Shown: piece by piece, positions 37,621-48,545 of the stretch
Position numbering within the stretch: the first letter of the stretch is position 1
How the letters are laid out: every line of letters begins with the position of its first letter
Assembly (NCBI RefSeq): GCF_032444005.1
Contig: NC_091289.1
Location: 17,298,001-17,362,000 of the forward strand
Direction: 5' to 3'
Length of the DNA: 64,000 nt
Source of the DNA: Ranitomeya imitator
Lineage: Eukaryota
The notes under the pieces: generated by a model
Databases searched by the model: none
Told to the model about the DNA's origin: nothing
Seen by the model: only the letters and a program-made list of their open reading frames with translations
Made by a program: the position numbers and the translations under genes

Positions 37621-38249
37621 AGTTATATTCTTGTATATAGGGGCAGTATTATAGTAGTTATATTCCTGTATATAGGGAGCAGTATTATAGTAGTTATATT
37701 CTTGTACATAGGGGGCAGTATTATAGTAGTTATATTCTTGTACATAGGAGCAGTATTATAGTAGTTCTCTTCTTGTACATAGGGGGCAGTATTATAGTAG
37801 TTATATTATTGTACATAGGAGCAGTATTATAGTAGTTATATTCTTGTACATAGGAGCAGTATTATAGTAGTTATGTTCTTGTACATAGGAGCAGTATTAT
37901 AGTAGTTATATTCTTGTACATAGGAGCAGTATTATGGTAGTTATAGTCTTGTACATAGGAGCAGTATTGTAGTAGTTATATTCTTGTACATAGGGGCAGT
38001 ATTATAGTAGTTATATTCTTGTACATAGTAGCAGTATTATAGTAGTTATATTCTTGTACATAGGAGCAGTATTATAGTAGTTATATTCTTGTACATAGGG
38101 GGAGTATTATAGTAGTTATATTCTTGTACATAGGAGCAGTATTATAGTAGTTAGATTCTTGTACATAGGAGCAGTATTATAGTAGTTAGATTCTTGTACA
38201 TAGGAGCAGTATTATAGTAGTTAGATTCTTGTACATAGGGGCAGTATTA

Positions 38250-38911
38250 TCTACTATATAATTGTCTAAGGGTCACTTCCGTCTTTCTGTCTGTCTGTCC
38301 TTCTGTCACGGATATTCATTGGTCGCGGCCTCTGTCTGTCATGGAATCCAAGTCGCTGATTGGTCTCGCCAGCTGCCTGTCATGGCTGCCGCGACCAATC
38401 AGCGACGGCCACAGTCCGATTAGTCCCTCCCTACTCCCCTGCAGTCAGCGCCCGCTCCATACTCCCCGCAGTCACCGCTCACACAGGGTTAACGCCAGCG
38501 GTAACGGACCGCGTTATGCCGCGGGTAACTCACTCCGTTACCGCCGCTATTAACCCTGTGTGACCAAGTTTTTACTATTGATACTGCCTATGCAGCGTCA
38601 ATAGTAAAAACATCTAATGTTAAAAATAATTTAAAAAAAATAACAAATCATTATATACTCACCTTTCGCGACGCTCCTGTGACCTCCGGCAGGTTCCGGT
38701 GCCAAGAATGGTATGGGAGAAGGACCTGCCATGACGTCACGGTCATGTGACCGAACTACAACAGGCCCTCGGAAGGTGAGTATATGTTTATTTTTTATTT
38801 TTTAACCTGTGACCTATGTGGCTGGGCAATATACTACGTGGCTGGGCAATATACTATGTGGACATGCATATTCTAGGATACCCGATGCGTTAGAATCGGG
38901 CCACCATCTAG
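38250..38911 (+). mobile_element. Non-autonomous Helitron, copy 2
   Basis: A|TC...CTAG|T insertion with no TSD into TATTA^TAGTAG; 3' hairpin CCCGAT/ATCGGG. Confidence 0.92.
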
Positions 38912-39371
38912 TAGTAGTTATATTCTTGTACATATGAACAGTATTATAGTAGTTATATTCTTGTACATAGGGGGCAGTATTATAGCAGTTATATTCTTGT
39001 ATATAGGAGCAGTATTATAGTAGTTATATTCATGTATATAGGGGCAGTATTATAGTAGTTATATTCTTGTACATAGGGAGCAGTAATATAGTAGTTATAT
39101 TCTTGTACATAGGGGCAGTATTATAGTAGTTATATTCTTGTATATAAGGGGCAGTATTATAGTAGTTATATTCTTGTACATAGGAGCAGTATTATAGTAG
39201 TTATATTCTTGTACATAGAGGCAGTATTATAGTAGTTATATTCTTGTATATAAGGGGCAGTATTATAGTAGTTATATTCTTGTACATAGGGGCAGTATTA
39301 TAGTAGTTATATTCTTGTACATAGAGGCAGTATTATAGTAGTTATATTCTTGTATATAAGGGGCAGTATTA

Positions 39372-39838
39372 TCTATATATATAATTGTCTAAGGGTTTTT
39401 CCGTCTGTCTGTCTGTCTGTCTTTCTGTCTGTCTGTCTGTCCTGGAAATCACAGGTCTCTGATTGGTCGAGGCCGCCAGGCCTCGACCAATCAGTGACGG
39501 GCACAGTATCGACGTAGAAATCCCGCGTCTCTGATTGGTCGAGGACGCCAGGCCTCGACCAATCAGCGACGGGCACAGCGATGATGATGTCATAATGAAC
39601 GTAGACATCCCGCGTCTGATTGGTCGAGGCCGCCAGGCCTCGACCAATCAGCAACGGGCACAGTATCGATGTAGATGTCATAATGGTTGCCATGGCGACG
39701 ACGATGTCATAAAGGTTGCCTCGACCAATCAGCGACGGGCACAGTCTGCCGCGAATTCTGGAATCATCATTGTCCATATACTACGGGGACATGCATATTC
39801 TAGAATACCCGATGCGTTAGAATCGGGCCACAATCTAG
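39372..39838 (+). mobile_element. Non-autonomous Helitron, copy 3 (related subfamily)
   Basis: A|TCTATATATATAATTGTCTAAGGG...GAATCGGGCCACAATCTAG|T; no TSD; (GTCT)n near the 5' end. Confidence 0.92.
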
Positions 39839-40156
39839 TAGTAGTTATATTCTTGTACATAGGAGCAGTATTATAGCAGTTATATTCTTGTACATAGGGG
39901 GCAGTATTATAGTAGTTATATTCTTGTATATAAGGGGCAGTATTATAGTAGTTATATTCTTGTACATAGGAGCAGTATTATAGTAGTTATATTCTTGTAT
40001 ATAGGGGCAGTTTTATAGTAGTTATATTCTTGTACATAGGAGCAGTATTATAGTAGTTATATTCTTGTATATAGGGGCAGTTTTATAGTAGTTATATTCT
40101 TGTACATAGGGAGCAGTATTATAGTAGTTATATTCTTGTACATAGGGAGCAGTTTT

Positions 40157-42275
40157 ATAGTAACATAGTAACATAGTAACATAGTTAGTAAGGCCGAAAA
40201 AAGACATTTGTCTATCCAGTTCAGCCTATATTCCATCATAATAAATACCCAGATCTACGTCCTTCTACAGAACCTAATAATTGTATGATACAATATTGTT
40301 CTGCTCCAGGAAGACATCCAGGCCTCTCTTGAACCCCTCGACTGAGTTCGCCATCACCACCTCCTCAGGCAAGCAATTCCAGATTCTCACTGCCCTAACA
40401 GTAAAGAATCCTCTTCTATGTTGGTGGAAAAACCTTCTCTCCTCCAGACGCAAAGAATGCCCCCTTGTGCCCGTCACCTTCCTTGGTATAAACAGATCCT
40501 CAGCGAGATATTTGTATTGTCCCCTTATATACTTATACATGGTTATTAGATCGCCCCTCAGTCGTCTTTTTTCTAGACTAAATAATCCTAATTTCGCTAA
40601 TCTATCTGGGTATTGTAGTTCTCCCATCCCCTTTATTAATTTTGTTGCCCTCCTTTGTACTCTCTCTAGTTCCATTATATCCTTCCTGAGCACCGGTGCC
40701 CAAAACTGGACACAGTACTCCATGTGCGGTCTAACTAGGGATTTGTACAGAGGCAGTATAATGCTCTCATCATGTGTATCCAGACCTCTTTTAATGCACC
40801 CCATGATCCTGTTTGCCTTGGCAGCTGCTGCCTGGCACTGGCTGCTCCAGGTAAGTTTATCATTAACTAGGATCCCCAAGTCCTTCTCCCTGTCAGATTT
40901 ACCCAGTGGTTTCCCGTTCAGTGTGTAATGGTGATATTGATTCCCTCTTCCCATGTGTATAACCTTACATTTATCATTGTTAAACCTCATCTGCCACCTT
41001 TCAGCCCAAGTTTCCAACTTATCCAGATCCATCTGTAGCAGAATACTATCTTCTCTTGTATTAACTGCTTTACATAGTTTTGTATCATCTGCAAATATCG
41101 ATATTTTACTGTGTAAACCTTCTACCAGATCATTAATGAATATGTTGAAGAGAACAGGTCCCAATACTGACCCCTGCGGTACCCCACTGGTCACAGCGAC
41201 CCAGTTAGAGACTATACCATTTATAACCACCCTCTGCTTTCTATCACTAAGCCAGTTACTAACCCATTTACACACATTTTCCCCCAGACCAAGCATTCTC
41301 ATTTTGTGTACCAACCTCTTGTGCGGCACGGTATCAAACGCTTTGGAAAAATCGAGATATACCACGTCCAATGACTCACCGTGGTCCAGTCTATAGCTTA
41401 CCTCTTCATAAAAACTGATTAGATTGGTTTGACAGGAGCGATTTCTCATAAACCCATGCTGATATGGAGTTAAACAGTTATTCTCATTGAGATAATCCAG
41501 AATAACATCCCTCAGAAACCCTTCAAATATTTTACCAACAATAGAGGTTAGACTTACTGGCCTATAATTTCCAGGTTCACTTTTAGAGCCCTTTTTGAAT
41601 ATTGGCACCACATTTGCTATGCGCCAATCCTGCGGAACAGACCCTGTCTCTATAGAGTCCCTAAAAATAAGAAATAATGGTTTATCTATTACATTACTTA
41701 GTTCTCTTAGTACTCGTGGGTGTATGCCATCCGGACCCGGAGATTTATCTATTTTAATCTTATTTAGCCGGTTTCGCACCTCTTCTTGGGTTAGATTGGT
41801 GACCCTTAATATAGGGTTTTCATTGTTTCTTGGGATTTCACCTAGCATTTCATTTTCCACCGTGAATACCGTGGAGAAGAAGGTGTTTAATATGTTAGCT
41901 TTTTCCTCGTCATCTACAACCATTCTTTCCTCACTATTTTTTAAGGGGCCTACATTTTCAGTTTTTATTCTTTTACTATTGATATAGTTGAAGAACAGTT
42001 TGGGATTAGTTTTACTCTCCTTAGCAATGTGCTTCTCTGTTTCCTTTTTGGCAGCTTTAATTAGTTTTTTAGATAAAGTATTTTTCTCCCTATAGTTTTT
42101 AGAGCTTCAATGGTGCCATCCTGCTTTAGTAGTGCAAATGCTTTCTTTTTACTGTTAATTGCCTGTCTTACTTCTTTGTTTAGCCACATTGGGTTTTTCC
42201 TATTTCTAGTCCTTTTATTCCCACAAGGTATAAACCGCTTACACTGCCTATTTAGGATGTTCTTAAACATTTCCC
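40157..42275 (-). mobile_element. Young 5'-truncated CR1 LINE (about 2.1 kb), TSD ATAGTA
   Basis: (TTACTATG)3-type tail at 40157-40190; ORF2 linker and RT domain; near-identical to the + copy over the shared region. Confidence 0.98.
40274..41923 (-). CDS. CR1 ORF2 reverse transcriptase domain (549-aa open frame; endonuclease lost to truncation)
   Basis: KSPGPDGIHPRVL, NYRPVSLTS, YLDFSKAFDTVPH, VPQGSVLGP and FADDTKL; upstream part is offset by a 1-nt loss in an A-run near 42085. Confidence 0.95.
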   Translation of the reverse strand: MVVDDEEKANILNTFFSTVFTVENEMLGEIPRNNENPILRVTNLTQEEVRNRLNKIKIDKSPGPDGIHPRVLRELSNVIDKPLFLIFRDSIETGSVPQDWRIANVVPIFKKGSKSEPGNYRPVSLTSIVGKIFEGFLRDVILDYLNENNCLTPYQHGFMRNRSCQTNLISFYEEVSYRLDHGESLDVVYLDFSKAFDTVPHKRLVHKMRMLGLGENVCKWVSNWLSDRKQRVVINGIVSNWVAVTSGVPQGSVLGPVLFNIFINDLVEGLHSKISIFADDTKLCKAVNTREDSILLQMDLDKLETWAERWQMRFNNDKCKVIHMGRGNQYHHYTLNGKPLGKSDREKDLGILVNDKLTWSSQCQAAAAKANRIMGCIKRGLDTHDESIILPLYKSLVRPHMEYCVQFWAPVLRKDIMELERVQRRATKLIKGMGELQYPDRLAKLGLFSLEKRRLRGDLITMYKYIRGQYKYLAEDLFIPRKVTGTRGHSLRLEERRFFHQHRRGFFTVRAVRIWNCLPEEVVMANSVEGFKRGLDVFLEQNNIVSYNY

Positions 42276-44229
42276 ATAGTAGTTATATTCTTGTACATAG
42301 GAGCAGTATTATAGTTGTTATATTCTTGTACATAGGAGCAGTATTATAGTAGTTATATTCTTGTACATAGGAGCAGTATTATAGTAGTTATATTCTTGTA
42401 CATAGGAGCAGTATTATAGTTGTTATATTCTTGTACATAGGAGCAGTATTATAGTAGTTATATTCTTGTACATAGGGAGCAGTATTATAGTAGTTATATT
42501 CTTGTATATAGGGGCAGTTTTATAGTAGTTATATTCTTGTACATAGGAGCAGTATTATAGCAGTTATATTATTGTACATAGGGGCAGTATTATAGTAGTT
42601 ATATTCTTGTACATAGGGGCAGTATTATAGTAGTTATATTCTTGTACATAGGAGCAGTATTATAGTAGTTATATTCTTGTACATAGGGGCAGTATTATAG
42701 TAGTTATATTCTTGTATATAGGGGCAGTTTTATAGTAGTTATATTCTTGTACATAGGGGGCAGTATTATAGTAGTTATATTCTTGTATATAGGGGCAGTT
42801 TTATAGTAGTTATATTCTTGTACATAGGGGCAGTATTATAGTAGTTATATTCTTGTACATAGGAGCAGTATTATAGTAGTTATATTCTTGTACATAGGGG
42901 CAGTATTATAGTAGTTATATTCTTGTATATAGGGGCAGTTTTATAGTAGTTATATTCTTGTACATAGGGGGCAGTATTATAGTAGTTATATTCTTGTATA
43001 TAGGGGCAGTTTTATAGTAGTTATATTCTTGTACATAGGGGCAGTATTATAGTAGTTATATTCTTGTATATAGGGGCAGTTTTATAGTAGTTATATTCTT
43101 GTACATAGGGGCAGTATTATAGTAGTTATACACTCTGTGTAACCAGTAATCTATACTGTGTCTGTTACTGGCAAGAGAAAAACAAAAAAGAAATGTTTTG
43201 GAGCTTTAAAAATATGTCTTTTAATGCAGTGAGGGATATTTATATCTTTATAAATCTTGATTCTGCTCATTCATGTCAGTATCCTACTAGTCAGGTTGTA
43301 CGTCCCTCCCCCCTCTACTTGCATCACAATCAATTACTCAGCAGAGGGCGACAATGAGCACAGGGGAAAAAAAACTCCCTTTGTAAAAGAATGTGAGATT
43401 CATAAAGAACGTTCTTTACGTTCGTCACATGTAATAAAATAGCACCAGTCACTTACTGTGATGTTAATGTAATTAATCTGAGAGCGTAAAATTCATATGG
43501 TCACATTTTTATAGAAACTGTAATAAGTATGACAGTAACGCTGCAATAATCCTGACAACCTGACTCACATCCATCATTTAACTAATTTCATTGATTTCCC
43601 ATGTACTTATAAAATTATTCTCAGGGTATAACGGTTTCTACATATAGAATTGGGCGTGAAGTGTCATGGAAGCTCAGGGGGTAACTTTGATTTTTCTATT
43701 TATGAACCAGGAGGCTCAGGATGAGAAATTGACATATATCACAGTCCGACCTCCCCAAAATACATTGCTATGCTGAACGATGCAGCTGCACTTCACAAAC
43801 ATCATCTGCTGTCCGCTCACCTGATCTTGTTTTTCTTTTCTCTTGCCGATTGTTCCGCTTCAGAGACAACAGGGCAGACATCATTGTGGTGTTCAGGAAA
43901 AGAAAAATGGAAGTGAAACCCAAACTGACAACTCATTATATAGTTACATATAAAAATATATATATAGTAGTTATGCAAATAAGTATGATTATAAATTTTC
44001 TACTGTTTGTGTATAAAGCTTCAAAGCAAACTTATGTGTCTCCATGGTTACAGACTACAAACAAACCCTGTGTAGTCAGATCAGTTGTTGCTATCCTATG
44101 CATATTAGACTGGAGTTTATATCAGGACCCCCATTAGTAGGAGGACCCCCATATCATAGCACTGCTGTTATAGAGTACGTACACAAGATATGACTGCAAC
44201 CTCTATAGTTAAAGGGGTTGTCTTGTGAA

Positions 44230-44640
44230 ATCAAGTTATTTGTCATGCGAGTTCCATGCGCTTTTTTAATCGCACCATCCGTATGACATCCGTATGCAGT
44301 CCGTTTTTTTTTCTTTGAAACTACTTTTTATACAGTCATTTACAGGACTATTTACAGTGTTCTATGCCACAGAATGGTAAGGTATCCGTAAAAAACGGAT
44401 GGAATACGGATGGTCCGTATTACATGCGTGTTTTTTCTCGCACCCATTGACTTGCATTGGCGAGTCTCGTACGAGACTTGCAGCAAATCGCAGCTTGCTG
44501 CGATTTTTTTCTCAGTCCGATTTCGGCTGAGAAAAAAATCGCAAATGAAAGGACACCTATTGAGTAACATTGGTCCGAGTGCAGCCCGATTTTTTTATCG
44601 GATTGCACTCGTCCGTTTTCCTCGCAAGTGGAAATGAGCC
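44230..44640. mobile_element. Harbinger-type MITE remnant
   Basis: Ends CCTCGCAAGTGGAAATGAGCC; the matching TIR type GGGCTTGTTTTCACTTGCGAGG starts at about 45273; internal sequence resembles 56438-56700. Confidence 0.55.
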
Positions 44641-44949
44641 AGAAGGGTGAGGATCCGACTACTGAGACCTGCAAACGGGAACTTTTAACTCCCTTATGGT
44701 TTGTGCACACGTCCCGGAATTTTCGCATTTTTTGCGCGTTTTTGCGATAAAACGCTATAAAAAATGCATACATATGCATCCTATCATTTAGAATGCATTC
44801 CGCAATTTTTGTGCACATGATGCGTTTCCACATTCCGGAAAAAGAAGCATCATGTTCATTATTTTTGTGGATTTTTTGCGGATTTCCCATTAAATTATGG
44901 CATTTGGAGTGTCTGGGAAAAAATGCAAAAAATCTGTATAAAATGAGCA

Positions 44950-45271
44950 AAAAAAAAAACACGCAAAAATTGCGCATGCGCCGGCGCACTATGTCCCGGA
45001 ACACAGCGAAATACTTCCGGGACATAGTGCGCCGGCGCATGCACACTAATGCTTTTCGGCTTTGCCCGCAGTTGGTCAAAGCATACTGCGCATGCGCAAG
45101 GCAAGATTGCCTTGCGCAGGGGTGATCTACGGAGGAAAGCAAATCAACTTCAAGGCAATATTACGGGCAGCGTGCGGCCAGCGGGAAAGGAAGGGGTGAA
45201 TAAAACACCCGAAAACACCGCCTATTGGACCGAAAAAAGGTCCCGCCAAATTCAGGTGACAGGTTCCCTTT
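44950..45271. mobile_element. Kolobok-type MITE right half with a perfect 28-bp hairpin
   Basis: Ends GGTGACAGGTTCCCT|TTAA; arms 44974-45001 and 45015-45042 are exact reverse complements. Confidence 0.7.
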
Positions 45272-45391
45272 AAGGGCTTGTTTTCACTTGCGAGGAACAC
45301 GTCTTTTTTTTGTGCTATTTTAATACTAAGCAATCACCCCTCCATGAATTGGTAGGTTGTGAGTGGTTGTCTCATCAGTAGTTTGCACCTG

Positions 45392-47336
45392 TGCTCCCGA
45401 CATCTTTATTGCATGGGTTTGCTGCATCCTGAGTTGCCGCCATCTTTATTACATGGGTTTTCTGCATCCTGAGTTGCCGCCATCTTTATTACATGGATTT
45501 TCTGCATCCTGAGTTGCCTCCATCTTTATTACATGGATTTTCTGCATCCTGAGTTGCTGCCATCTTTATTACATGGGTTTTCTGCATCCTGTGTTGCCGC
45601 CATCTTTATTACATGAGGTTTTCTGCATCCTGTGTTGCCGCCATGTTTATTACATGGGTATTCTGCATCCTGAGTTGCCGCCATCTTTATTACATGAGGT
45701 TTTCTGCATCCTGTGTTGCCGCCATGTTTATTACATGGGTTTTCTGCTTCCTGTGTCGCCGCCCTCTTTATTACATGGGTTTTCTGCATCCTGAGCTCCT
45801 GCCATCTTTATTACATGGGTTTTATGCATCCTGAGATCCAAACATCTTTATTACATGGGTTTTCTGCATCCTGAGCTCCCGCCATCTTTATTACATGGGT
45901 TTTCTGCATCCTGAGCTCCCGCCATCTTTATTACATGGGTTTTCTGCATCCTGAGTCGCCACCATCTTTATTACATGGGTTTTCTGCATCCTGAGTCACC
46001 GCCATCTTTATTACATGGGTTTTCTGCATCCTGCGTCGCCACCATCTTTATTACATGGGTTTTCTGCATCCTGAGTCACCGCCATCTTTATTACATGGGT
46101 TTTCTGCATCCTGAGTTGACGCCATCTTTATTACATGGGTTTTCTGCATCCTGAGTTCCCGCCCTCTTTATTACATGGGTTTTCTGCATCCTGAGTCGCC
46201 GCCATCTTTATTACATGGGTTTTCTGCATCCTAAGTCGCCGCCATCTTTATTACATGGGTTTTCTGCATCCTGAGTCGCCGCCATCTTTATTACATGGGT
46301 TTTCTGCATCCCGAGTCGCCGCCATCTTTATTACATGGATTTTCTGCATCCCGTGTTGCCGCCATGTTTATTACATGGGTTTTCTGCATCCTAAGTCGCC
46401 GCCATCTTTATTACATGGGTTTTCTGCATCCTGAGTCGCCGCCATCTTTATTACATGGGTTTTCTGCATCCTGAGTCGCCGCCATCTTTATTACATGGGT
46501 TTTCTGCATCCTGTGCTGCCGCCATGTTTATTACATGGGTTTTCTGCATCCTGAGTTGCCGCCATCTTTATTACATGAGGTTTTCTGCATCCTGTGTTGC
46601 CGCCATCTTTATTACATGAGGTTTTCTGCATCCTGAGCTCCTGCCATATTTATTACATGGGTTTTCTGCATCCTGAGCTCCCGCCATCTTTATTACATGG
46701 GTTTTCTGCATCCTGAGCTCCCGCCATCTTTATTACATGGGTTTTCTGCATCCTGAGTCACCGCCATCTTTATTACATGGGTTTTCTGCACCCTGGGTTG
46801 CCGCCATCTTTATTACTTGGGTTTTCTGCACCCTGTGTTGCCGCCATCTTTATTACTTGGGTTTTCTGCACCCTGTGTTGCCGCCATCTTTATTACATGG
46901 GTTTTCTGCATCCTGAGTCGCCGCCATCTTTATTACATGGGTTTTCTGCACCCTGTGTTGCCGCCATCTTTATTACATGGGTATTCTGCATCTTGTGTTA
47001 CCGCCACCTTTATTACATGGGTTTTCTGCATCCTGAGGTCCCGCCACCTTTATTACTTGGGTTTTCTGCATCCTGTGTTGCCGCCATCTTTATTACATGG
47101 GTTTTCTGCACCCTGTGTTACCGCCATCTTTATTACATGGGTTTTCTGCACCCTGTGTTACCACCATCTTTATTACATGGGTTTTCTGCATCCTCAGTTG
47201 CCGCCATCTTTATTACATGGGTTTTCTGCATCCTGAGTTCCCGCCACCTTTATTACATGGGTTTTCTGCATCCTCAGTTGCCGCCACCTTTATTACATGG
47301 GTATTCTGCATCTTGAGTTGCCGCCATCTTTATTAC
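45392..47336. repeat. 40-bp satellite, about 48 copies (GCCGCCATCTTTATTACATGGGTTTTCTGCATCCTGAGTT)
   Basis: Period of 40 read directly; explains ORFs at 45529-47456. Confidence 0.98.
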
Positions 47337-48284
47337 GCACTGCTGCTCTTGTTTACTGTGTTAATTTTTGGAGAGAATTCTAATTCCGTTTTTGGTGGCT
47401 TTGCTTTTTTTTTATTTCACAGACAAAACCTAAGACATAAAGTTGCGGAATGGTGAGGCTCTATGGACTCATTGCACTGCGGACCGATCTCTTTTTGAAA
47501 CCTTGCAGCAACTAAGTCTGCAATAAGTGAACCAGGATGAGCAGAGCTTCTGAAGGTTTTAGCCATTGTTGAGAATTGTTACATAACTGATTTTTTTAAT
47601 TAATATTCATTTATGTTTCAATGTAAAGCATTCGGCGCAATGATGACTCACGCCGGCCAGAAACAAACACTTATTATGAGAGGAGACAAGTGGAGAGGCC
47701 ATTGAAAGAGTCTGAGATAAAGGTGCCGATAAGATGCATATTCTTAGTCTGTCTCTTCTGAGTCCTCCGTGTGTCGCGTCTTGGGTGTATTAGGTGACGA
47801 GCGTTTTTTTTCCGCTGTTACATTTAATGAATGTTTGTCTTCGTAATGCCCTTTAATAGAGAGGAGACTCTCGCGGTGACTCAGTGATTAGCACCATTGT
47901 CTTGGGTCGAAAGAAGTTTTGTGCTCAAAGAAGTGGAACTTGGAATAAGTATGATTTTCCTTCATACACACACTTTACTGCGCCCTAGCCTTATAAAACT
48001 TGAGCTCGTTTGGCATCTTGACGTATTAAGGGTCACTGGAAGAAAGACGGCTTTGATACCACAGTTTCCACACTGCAGAGCAGAGAGTAGGCTGACATTT
48101 TCTATTTTCTGCAACTAACGTCAGCTTTACTGTGTAGACTGAGACAGAGCCAGCAGAGAGCAAGAGACTGAATTACAGAGGTCAGATCTGTTCTGCTGAG
48201 GTCCAAAATAAGGCAGATTACTAACACTATATACTATACATATAGATAGGACGCTGCCTGCTGATCCTCTTTCCTTCCATACAG

Positions 48285-48545
48285 GAGGGGCTTCCATAGT
48301 GGGGTAACTTGATGCTCATGGGCCCCAATGCAAAAGCTCCAAAGGGGCCACCAATTATTGGAAATCAAATCATTAATATTATTAGTCTTCTCATATATTC
48401 TCATGTACAGCACCATGGAATCAATGGTGCTATATAAATAAATAATAATAATAATAATAATAGGCCAAAGGGACTTTTTAGGCCTCTTAGGCTTCGGGGT
48501 CCAGGTACGATTGCAACCTCTGCACCAATTTTAGCTATGCCCCTG
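48285..48545 (-). mobile_element. hAT-like MITE, inverted homologue of 15905-16080, carrying an (ATA)n SINE tail inside
   Basis: TAGGCCAAAGGGACTTTTTAGG...GCTATGCCCCTG. Confidence 0.55.

Larger units (their letters stand above)
30712..43130. repeat. 35-bp AT-rich satellite (TATAGTAGTTATATTCTTGTACATAGG[A/G]GCAGTAT), 12.4-kb span interrupted by five TE insertions
   Basis: Hundreds of tandem 35-bp monomers read directly; array resumes in register after each insertion. Confidence 0.99.

Noticed and set aside
40281-41987. Plus-strand ORFs of 215, 147 and 130 aa
   Set aside because: Antisense shadows of CR1 ORF2
45529-47456. Hydrophobic, membrane-protein-like ORFs
   Set aside because: Translations of the 40-bp satellite
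47620-47900. AP-1 and GATA motif cluster as an enhancer
   Set aside because: Short motifs alone are insufficient without conservation or chromatin data
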